This document shows positions 12,101 through 27,100 of a DNA stretch of 64,000 bases, in pieces. The notes below the pieces were generated by a model that saw only the letters and a program-made list of their open reading frames with translations, made no database searches and was not told the DNA's origin. Every line of letters starts with the position of its first letter. Within the stretch, counting starts at the first letter, position 1. The position numbers and the translations under genes were made by a program. This DNA is from Raillietiella orientalis (Eukaryota), in contig JAYWIR010000021.1 of assembly GCA_036172245.1 (NCBI GenBank), positions 310,001 through 374,000 of the forward strand. The letters are read 5' to 3'.

Positions 12101-15100
12101 CCGGGAAGCAAGCGGTTCGTGACTGTAACGACCCGCCTCCGGCGCCGGAGGAGGCGAGCCGTGGTGTGTGTTCCCCACATCCGCAAGGGCGTGAGCCAGC
12201 CGGTTCACTTCCTCATCGGGAGGGAACTTTCTCCCAGTGGAACCCAAGTTCTGAAGCAAACCCGGATTTGCGGCAGGGTCGGAAGAGGGGGCGTAACCGT
12301 GCGACTGAGAGGTGCAATCTTTTCGCTCTTCGGGAGGAGAAGGAGCAGAGAGCTTTGGGCAGGAGGAGGCAGAGCAGGGCGGTGTCCTTCCCAGCTGCTT
12401 TCGCCGCTCCAGCAAATCACAGAGGAGCTTTCTCGCTTCCCTCGAGCAAGCCAGGACCTATGTCCGTCTCCCCGTGTCCTGGACAGGTATGGACGGCAAC
12501 CCTCTCGGCAAGGTGGCACGAAATCTACCGTTCCTCACAGGGTCTCCGAAAAAGGTGGCACTCCGTCTGCTGAAGCACCCCAAGGTACTGTGTCTCGCGG
12601 TCACACGAACTCCTGCCATGGACGACTCCTGGCAACGATCTCTCCAGGGTGGAAACGGTCCGACATCAGCTCAAGACCAGGACACGTTTCCCGTGGTCCT
12701 TTTTCAGCCGAAATTTTCCTCCCTGAGCGCACAATGTACCTCCTGGAGTAAGGAGACGGCGTGCGCGTGAGCGCGTGGGGGGTTGCGAAGGTTGCACAGA
12801 GCGCATGCGTTCCTTGTGGTGTCGATGTCTGGGCGGATGCACGCTCAATGGCGTCGCGCGCAGGATCTGTGAAGAGTTGGCCTAGGGTCTCCTCGACCTT
12901 CCGCACCGCCGCCGCAACACGCTGTCCTCCCTACCAGAGAGTAACGACCGGCAGACTACGAGGTGACAAGTGAAATCGCGTCCATCAGGAGCTGCTTGGT
13001 GTCTGGTCACCTGCCGATCGCAGCGATCCGATTGCCCTCTGGACGAGGCTCACTGGAGGTTCCTGGAAGGCCCTAAGGGCTTTCCTGGGGTCAACAAGAG
13101 CGCTGCTTCTCGCCTTCTGGAGTGGCAGCCATCGCGCTGGGGCCACCAGTCATCTGTGGGACGAACCTTTCCCAACCTGGTGCTGCTCCCACACGACAAC
13201 CACAGGAGACGAGGTCTTCTTGCTGGAGCGGTAGTGACTCTTCGCTGTCGCCGAGGTATGGGGGAGGAAGCGCAGCCGAAAGAGAAGGGTACGACGGGAA
13301 CGCCATCTCCGGATAGAAATCCTTCTTGAGGGGACAGCGAGGTGTCCCCACAGGATGCAGAGGACTTCACGAGGGAATATCGATGACGTTTCCTTCCTTG
13401 CTCCCTCCTATCCATATGAATAGTTCCATTTTTTTTGCTTCTTTGCGTGGTACCCTTTCCCTCCTTGCCTGAGGCGGGGAGCCATAGTGGGCTCCTGGCC
13501 GGCTACTCCAGGCATCTCCGGGCTTGCGTTAGACCCAGAGTCCTTCTACTTTGCATTTCTTTCTCATCTTCGCATATTTGTCAGTCCCTGCCTGATCGGA
13601 TGCAAGAGCTGCAGATCTATGGGATGAACTTCAACGGAGTGCGGCTGTTCATCCGGAAGTTTCCGAGGTGTTCCTTAGAAAGGAAAAGGGAAAATGGAGA
13701 CGGTATCTTAGAAGGGCTCCATGTTCACGGAAGGGGCACGCAGGAGCAAGCTTGGAGGATTTCTCCAGAAGAGGATGAATCCACATCCCGGGGGATGTGG
13801 TTTTGGCGGATTCGGTCTCTTGGAAGCAGCGGGTTCAATAAACCTTCCGCCATCTTTGGATTCTGCGGGGCGAGCGACACAGGCAGCGCAACAAGAGCTG
13901 CTCCCGGCACGAAGAACGGATCGCAAGCAGGGATGAGGAGGAGTGGCAGGAAGATTCCTGGAGCGGATGCGCAGATGTTTGAGCAGCAGCTTCACGTCAG
14001 GAGCGCCACGCGTGGCTCCCGGAAGTTTTCGTCTGGCCGCCGCTTCCGAAGTGCGCGCATCCGAAGGGGACCGACTGCTTTCCAGACAGCTCTTCTGGGT
14101 TTCAGGGAGAGCTTCCGTAAAGCTAGTGAGGGCTCCCTCGGCGTCTCTTTTTGGCTGCCCTCACTCCCGGCAGCTGCTGCCATCATCACTGGTCTTTGGT
14201 CTGCATCCCTCACGCAGCTCTTGAGAGCGAAATCCGGCTACACCTTGCGCGGTTCCTCCTCGACCGGCTTCGCTTCCTGCCAGTTTTGACGGCTTGTCCC
14301 ATGCCCTCCCCATGACATGGATAATTTGCACACAATATGATGATGATGGTAGTGATAATCATTCGCATCGGTGTCCGATGCGCTGCACCGAACCCTTCTC
14401 TGATATCAGCAGTAGCGACCAAGAGACCAGAGGATCGCCCACACCGTTCAGCCTGCCCGATGCTCGACACGACCTGAGAGCGCACAGACCTTGTCCTGGA
14501 ACTCCCTGGTTAGTCCCTCTATGTGGGATCTGCACATGGCGCACCGACTGTGTTGGGCAACGGAGTGTCCCCTTCCGTTCAGGGGGCGAAGAATTCAGGC
14601 TCGAAGGCCGCAGCGTCGGTGGGCAAACGGGAAGGGCAGGAGGAAAGGAATGCGCACGGACCTCAGAAAGGTTCCTGAGACAACCAACCAGCCGGGACAA
14701 TTCTTTCTTTTGATGACGAAAATGTGCGGCGATTTCCTTCGCGGGAGCTGAAGGTCTTCCTGCATCCTTCTCGACACCTTTCCAATGTTGGGAATTTTCA
14801 CTGTTTTTTCTTTCAGTGATATCCACCACCAGGACCATCAGAGGCAGATCTTGCCACGCCCTATTATATCCAAGCACTCTCAGCATTCCTTCTTTTTTTT
14901 TTCCGGAGAATTTCAGTGTTCTCGTGTCGGCTTTTTACAGCTGCCGGTTGCTTTCATTATCTACTCAACTGCTCAAGATTGAAAAAACAACATCCATCAA
15001 AAAACCATCTAAGGAAAGATTTCTGGACCGCCCTCTTTCGGTCCGGACTAGGAATACCATTTGATTGTAATGGGGTGTTTTATTATGGCTGCAAGCTTCA

Positions 15101-18100
15101 TATGAGCCTCGTACAAACCATTTTTCACGAAACCTCGTTGCGACTTGCGCGCCATCTTTCTTGTTGTTGGCCCAAAGATTTTCTTGCCTGATGACACCTC
15201 AGGAGAAATTCTTTCGGCCAACTCGGTGCCTTGTAATTCTTCGTGTTCCGAATCATGCAACTGATTAAAAACTCAGCTTCCTGTGTTTCCATTGGTAACC
15301 TGCTCCACGTGGATAGGAATCGGTTGATTTATCGGCATGGGTCCCTCAATTTGTACCTCCTACTCACCTTCAGTCGTTTACGCACTGCTCCGTATCTCAC
15401 TTCACCTCCTGGATGCTCCTTTCTCACCTTCCAGACAGACGCACCCGCATCTGGAGGGAAGGTCCTGAAGATGAGAAAACCTGTTGGTCAAGAAGAAGGG
15501 AGCAGAAAGCGGCTGACTCTCCAGCAGAGAGGCTCTCCTTCTACAAAACAGGGTGTACTGCACCTTGCGAGAATGAAGAGGCCTTCAGGTGGCCTCAGGA
15601 CGTCAACATCGTGAGGAAACTTGGAAAATTTCCAGCGCAAACTCCCCTGTTGTCTCCAGCTTCCCAAACGGAGCACCTTCACTACCAGAAACCTTTCCCA
15701 GAGGTTTCCCAGCGCATTTCTTGACGACCATCTTTACTCCGATGCGTAGCAACACAACCCAGAAAACGTCATGCGGAGAGAAAGTGAACGAAAGGTTTGA
15801 TTTCTGCACTTCGATGGTCTCTGCTTGACATGAACGTTCCCAACACCAGGAGTATACTTCTAATCACACCTCCCTCCTTGTCTCCATGGAAACACGTCGC
15901 ACCTTGAGGGAAGATGCTGCCTCGCTAGAGACGAGACTTCCTTCTTTTGCAGTGCTGCGCTCACCGTCGTATTCCATCTGCCTTGCTACTGATGGACTGG
16001 CCTCTTCCCTTGCAATTCTCGTTCCAAGGACAAACCGGGATGCTCTCGGAGCACCCGTTCCGGGACTTCCGGGCAAGGGATTGCATTCCTGGCGATGGAT
16101 GTTTACTCCCCTGGATACGGTCACCCTCTCTTCTCGCGAGCATGGTCCGGCAAGCAGCGGCCATCAGCGCTGTCTGCTGTTCCCCTGGGAGCGCAATCTG
16201 AGGACCGTCGTGGTTCACTGCAGGGAACATTCCTGGAACCGGCGCTTTAAGCGATACCCTCCTTCCATCCTTGATTCCGCAATTCCTCGTCATTATCCTT
16301 TTCTCGCTTGGGTTTCCAGGATGCGAATCGAAAGCTGCAAGCGTCGTTGGATGGCAGACGGTAGCTTCCGGATGAGTTTTTTCCCTAGCTTTTCCCAGAT
16401 GCTGCGAACCCATCTCAGAACTGCCTACTGGACACACTGGGCTAAGTAAAGTAGGGAGAGTCTTTTTCCTTCGTTAAGGGGAGCACACCTTGGGGTTTGC
16501 GTCAAAGGAGTCCCGTGTAGACGGGTTGTGGACCAAGACTGGAGAGGGGGGATGTTCGATTGGGAAAAGGACTTTCGTAAACGACCGAGGTGCACCCCAT
16601 GCCATCATCCCACCGCACTCGGGGCTCAAGGGAAGAAAAGGTGCGTCGACAGCCTGTCGGGTCTTGTGATTGCAACTCTGCCCACGTCATCAGGCGAGCA
16701 GGATTTCAGGAGCTCATCGGACAAACAGGAGTTGGAGGTATGCAAAGTCTTCTCAAGGAAGAGGTAGAGGATCGAGAAAAGCTGAAGTCTGACACAGATG
16801 GAATAAGCAGCTCATTTCTTTATTTGTTTGTTCGGAAGAAAAGAACCTCCTACGATGGAACGAACCTTTCCTGGAGAAAAGGGCTTTACAAGCCCTACAG
16901 CTGCAGACCATCGTCCTCCTGTCAGCCTGCAGTGTTGTGGTTTGGACTAGAAAGCCAAGGCTTGCAGAGATTCGTGCCTCATTTTTCCCATTCTGCTCCT
17001 GCTTCCATGGACCACGTTTTCCATCTTTTATGGATGAAGTGTTCATGTGACTATTCGCTACCCTGCCAACGGAACCCGGAAAAGAAAAAAAAAAACTGCC
17101 ACCCTTCGGCTTCCAGAGAGGACCACATCCATTCCTAATTTCCTAATTCCTAATTATTGCAATATCTCAATTATCCATTCCTAATTCGAACCCATATCGC
17201 ACTCTGGGAGCGAATTCGGGATGGAAGTCGGTCCCCACCTTGAACTTGGGTCAGCTGGAGAGGTGAGGCTTCAGCAGCTTCTGTGCAGTCTTTGTGCGCC
17301 GGAAACGGACCCCACAGCGTATTCTACGCACAAGACACCATCAAACCATCCTTCCTCGACGAAACGGAAGAAGTATGCCGAAGAAGCACGCGTAGATGGT
17401 CCCTTCCACTGAAGAGAAAGAGGAGTCTTCGTGCTGCAGCGTATCAGCAGGTATCGGCTGGCAGGACGGAATCACAGCGGTCAAGGGTCGTCCTAAACAC
17501 AGTGATCACGAGTGGACTTCAAGATCCGGTTACCGGTGGGCTCAAACGGACTGGAGCTTAGGTGCGCAGATCGACCTGAAGCAAGCAGCCTTTTTAGCGC
17601 AGAGACATCCTGCGTTTCCGTGGCATTCCGACGATGAAAATCTTAGGGTGAGAGGGAAGCAAAAAATATGAGAAGCAACAGCTCGCTGCAAGACGGCGGC
17701 GAATGATGTATTCTTAAGGAAGATATAAATTGACAGGGAAGGAATGTGGGGTAGGAATGTTTTTGTCCCGTTGACTTCGAATCGGGCGTGTTGGTGGTGC
17801 GTAAAAAAGAGCAAAAGAATCAAGGAATCCAGAAAAAAAAAAAGATAATAGCAGAAAGGGCGAAGGAAGAGAGGACTCTTTAGGATCGAGATGCATCGTT
17901 AGAAATCTAAAAATTAATGAAAGTCTCTGTCCGAGTTCCAAAAGTCAATGAACCAGGAAATGAATTGGGCAGCTGTAGAGACGAATCCCGCTCATCTTTT
18001 GATCTGCAAAGGAAGCAGACACTGGCAGTCCCTGCTAGCACTGTGGGCTCTGGGTCAGCTGTAGTCAGAGAGAAAGGACGGGATGAAAGGTTAGCAGGAA

Positions 18101-21100
18101 ACGTCGAAGAGAGCTGCGAACATCAGACACATGCCGATGGGCTTTTTCTCGTGTTGGGCGCTTTCTTGACGGTCAGTGGTTGAGGTGAAGGAAAATGTCG
18201 GAAGCAACCTGAAATTCCGATACCGAGACAGCGGGACGAAGTTTCAGATCTCGCCATCATAGCAGTCTTTTCCGGTTCTATCCATTCGTCCCAGCTGACA
18301 GTCAAAGAGCTCTTGCCAGAATCCTCACACAAACCTCGGAGTTTGCCCTTGAGATGCACAGCCAACGAAAAGATTCTGTCTGTCCACGGAAGTGATCTCG
18401 GTCCAGCTCTTATCCCGCCTGATGGAGATTTGCAGTCGCCTGTGAAGTTCATGTGATTCCAGGTCAATGTGGATCATCCATGAGGACGGTGATTTGTCAC
18501 TTTCAATAAAACTCACGCGTGCGTTTTCATAAGCTGGACACGTTCCATTCCTTCAGGGTGAGCAGGTCCACTCCTTAGCAGCAGATTCGACAGGATGACC
18601 TGCCCCTGCAAGCTCCCAGAGGAGTCGCTCCTATCGCTGTCTCCACGTGCGCGCATCTCACTGATGTTCCCAAGTCGACCCTACTCTTCGTATTTTGCTG
18701 AAAATACCACCTCTTTGTATTTGGGTCCGTGCCCACCTTCTAGACGTGCACTCTGGACCCTTCCAGGGACTTCGGTTCCCCCGCTAGATGGTTGTTGCAG
18801 ACAAACGGCAAACGAAAGAATTGTTTCCGCTGCCATCCAAAAGTTTCATTCGTAGAAGACGACGACTCGAGATCATCTCAGTGAGAGTGGCATCCCCGTG
18901 ATCTATGGTTCTCTCGCAGATGATGGAGCCTCATTCCTCGAGAACACTAAAGCACCTGGAAGTCAAAGCGTCAGTACAGTGATCCTGAAAGAAGAACACG
19001 GAACTGCTGCCAATTACCAAACATAACCATGGTGTGCAAACGCTTGGTGAGTCCCAGAACTGTGCTCTTTCATGGCAGTTTTCATCCCTCAACTCGCATC
19101 CGGCAGCCTCAGCCTTAGTTCCAGGTGGCTGCGGAGAAGACTCTTTCAGGCGGCATGGAATTCGTACTCTTGATCGCTGGAATTATCAGCTTCTTTCTCG
19201 TGCTATCATTTCATGCTTCAGAGAGGCACAGCGATTGGAATTACCTGAATTACCTGATGTCTCAATAATGACCAGTAAGGAATTGCACGAACGCCACACA
19301 TGAACCTGAATCAGCTGCAGCAAGTGGCATTTTCACTTTGACCTTCGTCACCGTTACGAACCTCCACTAAAGATAAACAGCCTTTGAAAACTGAGATCGC
19401 GCTGCCACCCGTTCTGTTTTGCATGTTCTCCCGTCACTAGCAAGGATGAGGGAGATTTTTTATCTGAAGACAAACAAACAAGCAAACATTCATTCATCCT
19501 TCCTCCAGGAAGAGGTGCTCCTAAGCTGACCACGAAAGTTATAATCTATCCCACAGAGGGAACAGCAGTCACAGAACACATCATTTGGAGTTGTGAAGGC
19601 GCGGTTGAGTTGCTGTGCCTGCACGTGGGTGGGAGAAACTCGCAAAGGAATCCGCAGGAATCGCAGTTTCTACCGCTTTTCTTTCTCGAACGTCTTCTGG
19701 CTGAGGTAGTTGGCGTTGAAGAACTCACCTGGGTGTATTGGCCTAGAACCGATACAGGTAGTAAGAAGAGTGCTACGAAATGGCGATGCCGACGCTCGAC
19801 AAGCCAAGTGTAATGGAACTTAAGGACTTCACACCTGGCATTTTGGACAGAATATTTCTGCTACGGTGGTGGTGCTTCAAAGCGGTAAAGAGGAAGCAAG
19901 CAAAGAAGCAAATGGCAAGGTCCTTTAGGCAGAGGGTCAACGTCGTTAGGGAGACGCAGATGGACCACCAGCAAGAGTCGATCTGACAATTTGGGGGGAA
20001 GAAACCACGGGATGAGGCCGGACCTCTGTGTCGAACCAACAGATCGTCCTGAGCATGGAGGATGTGGAGTCAAAGACGGAAACCTCAAAGTGAGGGCAAA
20101 GCACGTAGTGTTCTGAACGGGGAGGAGGAATCCGTGGGACTGATTTTGAAGCGAAATTTCGCTCTCGAGGACCTCGAAAATTTCTCCTGTGTCCTCCTCA
20201 CACAACAGATACGAACCTCATCCTTGGAGGACAATGCCCTGCTCAGGTTAAAGCAGCTTTTTGGTCTGTTTCTGAGGTCTCCTCACACGCCTGTTGTGTC
20301 CAGGAGAGGAGAGGATGGAGGTGGCTCTTGGACTTCGCACAAAGATGCCGTCAGAGCTTGGAGAGAACCCCAAGCCCCTGACGACTGCCAGCTCCTGCTC
20401 GCTGCTGCCTTTCGATGCGCTAGATCATGCATCGAAAGGTCCAAGATACAGCGTCTTCCTGTTTTAGGGTGCTCTCCAGCTGCTCTCTCTGCAAGAGGCG
20501 GTGTCCAGCGAGATGAGGCTCCCTAGCAGCCACAGCTACCTCTTCACGCCCAGTCGGAAGCAGAACTCGATTCCTGCCTTCCCCTTCTTACCCCACCACC
20601 ACCACTACCAACCGACAAAACAAGGAAGGAGGGGAGATGAAGAGTGCGCGATGCTCTCCGGGTCAGAAATTTTCCTCTTTCGGAGGTCCGAGGGTCGCTA
20701 GGTGGAGTCGCCTGGGATGACGTCAGCCAGCCAGGGCAGACATCCCTCGGGTGAATCCATGGACGCGAAAAAAAAGCCCGGCTGAAGGCCGCCCGGAGAG
20801 TGTTCTGAAAGAGAGGAGCTCTGAGCTCCTTCCTGGAGCCTCAGTTAAGCCGCTGATGATGCTGGGGTTCCCTGAGAACACCGCGGTCCGCTGCACGTGA
20901 CCTTAGAAGTGGTGCAAAACGTGATGCGGCGATCCTCTCTCTCTCTGGAGCACTGTGGCTCAAGGTTTGCTTTCAAACAAGCAGGAGACGGCGAGCGGGA
21001 CCGCTGGCGCGCTTCCCTGAAAGAAAGGAAGCTTCGGGAACGCCTCAGCGTCCCGTTGCCTGGAATTTGACCTCTGCGCTCTCATCAGTATGACGGAAAG

Positions 21101-24100
21101 ACGCGGGTGGGGGGGAATTCAGCTGCGAAAGAAGGGAAAGCACGGGATGAGAGGAAGACGCTGCTGAAAATGGTCGAATGTTCCCTGCGATTTCGGGCGG
21201 TGTCGGTGGAGGAGGTGCAGGTGGAAGATTTGCCATCATCATCGATGGCGCCGGAGAAGAGGGAACAGGAGGGGAAAGCAGCTCTCTCTTCTTGTAAGCT
21301 TCCTACAATTTCGAGACGTCTGGAGACACGCCGCCCATGGAGATTTTCCACTCTCCTCCATCGCCTTCAGAGAGATGGAGGAGCGCGTCATCCCGCTCTT
21401 TCTCAGGACGGTTCCCGCTTCCGAAGATCGGGTCCGCGAGCTTTGGAAGGAGGGGAGGCAAGCCGCCTGCGGACCAGAGAGGGGCTCTGCCGAGTCAAGG
21501 AGAGAGGAGGGATGCTGAAATAGCGCAGATGCAGCCCAGGTCTCGGGAGGATGCTGGAACCGAAAGACCTCCGGACGGAAACTGTGGAAGGTGCCTCTGG
21601 CAGAAGAGGCGCACGGCGAACTCTTGGCTCCTGACTGACGACACTGCTTGTAGGCATTCGTGTCTCCGAGGTTTCGGACTCTCCGGCCGCCGGGAGATGC
21701 CAGTCGACAGGACTCTTGAAGGCGCTGCGCCTTCCTCGCTCTGCACTTTTTCGCAGGTCAGCACTGGAGCTGCCCCGGTCGCATCGTCACAGATTCCTAG
21801 AGAGAGAGGGAGGGGAGGGGCACGCGTGAGTGTGTTGGGGATGGTGGATCACTGTAACGAGGGAGGAGAAAGCAGAAACGCGGGCAAAGACTGTCGGCAA
21901 ATGCTGAAGGCATCAGCGGTCTCCTGAAAGTACGAGGGTGAGTCGTTTTCGAACCGATGCATGGGGTCGCTGCCTGCCTGGTCGTTTTGCTGTGACTTAG
22001 CAGGGGCGTCCTCCCGCGTCTTTGGCAGGCAACGGTGGCAGAAAATCCCCGAGATCCATCTGTGGCCAGCTCATACGAAGAATAGCGGAGAATCCTTTCG
22101 TGGATCCTCCGCTGGACCATGCGATGCAGATGCAATCGGATCGAGGAGAGTCAGGGTGCACAGCCGCGCTGAAGACCTCAAGAAGGAGTGGATGCCGGGG
22201 GGGACGGGCGCTGGCAGTCGTCGCGGTCTTCCTGGACGACGGCCGACCACGGAGCGGGTCTCCGATTGCGTCTTCACCGTTTCCAATACAAGGGCATTCC
22301 AATGGCCACGTGGCGATGCTCAGCGATCCAGCAGCCTTTTCAGGCACCGTTCCGTACCTGGAGGCTTCCTCCTGGTTCAGTTTTCCGGAAAACGCAGGTG
22401 GATTCGGCCTTATTCGATTCGCACTTGGGAATGCAAGCGCAACTCGCAGTTGGCGGTGCACGTGAGAGCCTTTTCCTGCAGCGTCGAGTTGATATGGTAA
22501 CCGTGCGTTTGACGTGCGACGTCTTGGAGAATGTAAACAAACATGCTCGAGCGTTCGTTTTTTATGCTACAAATCATGCATTCAGGAATGTTTGTTTAAT
22601 AGCGGGTCTCCATGCAGATGAAGATGAGCGCCATAAATCTCTCGGGCAGAAAGAAAGAAAGAAAGAAAAACTTTATAAATGGAAGAATATCGTGAAAAGC
22701 TCTTCGCATGATCTTTAGATAAGACCAGCAAAGATGGTCCTGCATTAATTCATGCGTTTACTGCGTTTACATGGAGCCTCATATCTTCAGAGAAACATCT
22801 GCATCGAGTCCACCTCGTTGGTGAAAGCTTTTTTCTGTGGGCTACACTAATGCTGTCGTGTGGTTGGTTTTTTTTTTGCCTGTGTAGGAAACACCACTAT
22901 CCCATCAGTCTTCAGTTGTTTACGATGATCTCGAATACGGAAGAGACAGCCATTGAGGGAGGCGCTTTTCGGATTCAAACACCGGTTGGTCATTCGGTCT
23001 CCGAGCATCAGAAGAATCTCCGGAGAGGGACACTACGGACTGCTGCTGGATGAGAACGAAAGTGAGTCGTGGTGGAGTACAGTACAGGGAGCAGTTCCCT
23101 GCGGCGCCAGTGCTGAACACAGGGTGAACGAACACACATAAGTCCGTCGTAAAAGCTCGCAGCAGCTCAGACTTCACTGCAGCAACACGCGCCAGAGATC
23201 AGTTGCTTTCCTTGGCCCTCGTCAGCTGGAGGGTTCTTCCCTCCCGGAGGAAAAAATCAGCGTCCTTGAAGGAGGAGCTCCTGGATCCCTGGAATCGGAA
23301 ATCGTCCGTGTGCCCAACGTGTCCGATGCTGAATCCAGGCGCGAATAGGCAGGCAGGGTACACCTATGCATGGGTGCAAAATAGAGAGACATTCAAAGCG
23401 GCAGCGCACGCAAAAAACCGCGAGGCAAACGTGGATTCTCACGTTCTTGCCACAGGGAAAAAGTGGCACATGAAACCAGTGGTTCGACGGGCTGTCAACA
23501 CAACGCCTGCAGATGAGAGTCACCAGAGCAGACCACGTGGAACAGTTGGAACTGCAGATGGTCGCGGAAGCGACCATCAAGTGTAAAGATGCCATTTGAT
23601 TCCTCGGAAGTGACATCAAGCCAGCGAGTGGTGGCCTTCGCAGCTTAGCAAGCTGCGAGCTCAGGGATGGATGGGTAATCTCGGGCGAAGATTTGGAACC
23701 TCAAGAGAAGGAAGAATATGCTCAAATTCACTGGAGGCGTTCTGCCGTTGAGGAGAAGCTGGGGCTCTCTGGAATCATGCCCGTTGGAGGCGCAAGTGAG
23801 TGGCGACCGGGAATCGCAGCCAATCTCCCGAGGTGATGTTGCATTGAGGGCGCCAGCGCCTAGCAGTTTGCATGTGAAAGAACACTTCGGTTTCTCCGTA
23901 ATGACTTTATTAAGAACGAGTGGGTGGGTTTTGCTGGCCTGATGCGGCTCCTCTTTCCCCCGTCCTTCACTGACTGGGAAACACTATGAATTGATGCTGA
24001 ACAAGGTGGAAGACAGAAACAAAGTGCTAGCCATTCCGATTCCAAAAGTTACTTTAGAGACATCTTCTTGTAGACCTTATGTGGAAGTGGTGAGTGAAAT

Positions 24101-27100
24101 AAGATCCCGTCAGTTTGGAGAGATCCTTTGCTCATTTCCGTTCTGCAAGATGTCTGTTGATCTGCTAGAGTCCAGTCTTTGGAGACCGGGATGGAAAAGA
24201 GGAAAGTTGGAAGAAATGATCATCTCTTTCAACTTTCAAGTTAATTGTTCCTCGTGCCTCTACAAATCTACAATTGCACAACTTGTGTATACTGTAGCAT
24301 AACTAAAGCTTCAACATTCAACTGACGTCAACTACTTGTTCTTTCCGTAGGGGCTGTTTCAAAAGCTCAGTCTAAGATTCTCAAGACAAAGCCCTTCTTT
24401 AGATGCTACGAAGCTGGGCACGAGCTTAAAGAATGGCTCTCAGCCTCACCTTCAACACTTTGGAGTTCACTATTCCTCTCGAGTATCCAGTTTCCAGTGT
24501 GTTGCCCCTGTACGATCGAAGGGTCCTCATTCATGGCTTTCTGAGGACGCTGAATGGCAAGTACGTTCTGTCGGTGGATAGGCCTCTGGAGTCTCTTAAA
24601 CATTCTCACACTCCCAGAAATGGAACTCTGTTCTCCAAAGTTGCAACCGAAGAGTCACTTCCCATCCAGCGCCTAGCGATCACTGTCCTTTAGTCCAGCC
24701 CTGTGCCTGCTGTTGCTTCTAGTCCTTCTCGTGACCCCACTGGAAGATGGTTTTGCAGCATTTCTTTGCTAGAGTTTCCAGGAGAGCAATCAGCACTGCT
24801 GTCGTAGTGGGTGCTATGGAACTGGTCCGATGATTTTCAGCTCCCCGAACGGAGGAGGACCAAGCCCATCCCGCGAGACATTATGAAATTCTTTCGTTTG
24901 CTTGCAAGATCACTCGCGGCGAACTGGAAAATAGGTTCGGCTGAAAGCGATTTTGGTCTTTTTCCGTGCTCACATGTGATGAAAAGAGGGACACGTTACT
25001 GGAGAAAGTGTTCAGAAGAACAGTCGAACACAGTGAACTTTGCAGACACCAACAGAGAGAGCGTGAAAAAAGGCAAAGTGGGGGTATCTGATGCAAGCTA
25101 AGAAGTTTCCCGACAGCCACTACTCGCGTTGATCATCCACAGCTCAGAGAGAAAGTCCGGAGACTGTGCTCCCATGCTGATGTTTTTTGATACAGTGAAC
25201 AGCGTCCGAGCATGTAATGACACCTCGGAGAAAGTAAGGAGGAAAAGACTTCAGAAAACAACAGGGCGGGTGCACGGAAGAACAAGACGCTGCAACCACG
25301 CATTCCGAGGAAGAGAGCATTTGCCTAGCCATGGAAACGGAAACCTGAAACAGATCTGAGTTTGTGTGAAGGAGGCTTCACCGGTAGGAAGGAGATTCAA
25401 ATCTCCTTGGACAACGGGGAATTCGAACGGCTTACCGACTGCGGTGCCAAAGCCTTCCTTCATTTATTAGCTGTCCCGCGCCTGTTCATTCGGTAGCATC
25501 TTCTTTAATGACTGACGCACCGAAAATCTTGCAGATTATTTTATCTCATCCGATATCTAGAGAGAAAAGTTCGTGAAACATGCAGTTTAGTGGCATTCCA
25601 TGCTACTTTTCCTTCTTTGCAAAAGACTTTGCACCTGACTCCCATAAAACTCGCAAGAAAGACGCAAGAGGCCTTGAGAAATCAAGCCATCCATCGATCG
25701 AGAGGTGATCTTATCGATCAGGCAGGTACTTTCTTGCGCCTCTCTAGAGCAGTTGAGACGGATGAGAAGATATGGAAACTTTCTTCAAGAACCTCTGTCG
25801 CACGGACGGCATGAGGAAGGCAACGAACTTGCCGCTCCTCTGATGGAGGGATCACAGGCTCCTTCCTTCTCGCGAGACCTGAGGGACAGCCAAGCTTTTC
25901 TCTCTTCTGCTAGGAGGAGGAATTTGCGAATCTTGGATCATTCCGCAACCGCGATGCTTTCCAGCGGATAAGGAATTTCACTGAATTAATTTCAGCCCGG
26001 CAATCTGATTTCCCAGGGGAAATGGACGGAATTTTACCTGACCTACATTAATGAGTGAATGCGTTCGAAACTCCATAATGAGCCGAAAGCGATACTGCTT
26101 TTGCTAATGAAGCAGTAAAGTACGTTAGGTCACCTATCAGCTGGTGCCCAGGAAAAATTTCTTCGATTCATTTGCTGTGCAGCAACGAGGAGTCGCAGTG
26201 ACGTTTATTCCATTTTCACGCCCTGGCCTTTAACGCACAGGAGCGTTCTCACAGGAGCGTTCCGATGACCAATGGCTCGTTTTCCTTGCATGAAATGCAT
26301 CCCCACCTGCCTTCGGGAGTCGCCTTGTTCGGGAGTCGGCTGCTCAGCTCCGTTCCTGAAGAGCTTCTGATGCAATCGGTTTCGGTTGCACGCATCCAAC
26401 AGAACTCTGTGGCTTCCAGGATTCGAAAAACCTTGGTACAGGAAGAGACCAGCATCTTTTCGTCGGCGTGCAAGCTTTTCTTCCGGAACGCTGACGTATG
26501 AGCAGAGCACCTCTCGTCTGTGATCACATCTGCAGCAGTTTGTGTTTCAGTTCAGTGATCTCCAGCATGTTATATAGCAACACACATCAGTATCTGTGTT
26601 TCTGCCTTTGGTGTCGGTTGCCTTGTTCCTCTTTCTCGGTATTACCCTGCCCTCGTAAACAGACTCGTAATAGTTACTAAAGATCTCTAGCCATGCCTGT
26701 AGGCTTCACTCGGGGGATTCTGTGTTCTCCTGGAATCTTTAATTATTATTACCTTTTGCAAGCATAGGTTTCCCTTCTCGCCTGCTCGATGGAATTGGCT
26801 GGGAGAACGCCATGCCGGGGACCATTCGCGACGCCCTGCACTCTCAGACATCTGCGGTGCTTTATGGGTAGGAGCTGAGGAGGGCTCACCTGAGGAGGGC
26901 AAATGAAGGAATGACTTGCGCAGGAGCTTTTGGTGGGCGAACAAGCACTGGAAGGAATCTGTAGGGTTCTGTAGCTAATGGTGCGCTCGACTTGCAGGGC
27001 TTGACCCGAACAGGCTCGGGATGGCTGGTGCGCAAGGGATTGGCTGCCGCGCTGATGCGACTCCCGAAGAAATGCAGGAAACCTATTCCACGGGGGCATA

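Noticed and set aside
19728..19835. Cys-loop receptor pre-M1-like LKFHYTWLVERRHRHFVALFLLP (minus)
   Set aside because: No Cys-loop or further transmembrane exons found; hydrophobic stretch too short.
25914..25930. 17-mer GAGGAGGAATTTGCGAA also at 41984-42000
   Set aside because: Flanks are unrelated, and one such match is plausible by chance in 64 kb.
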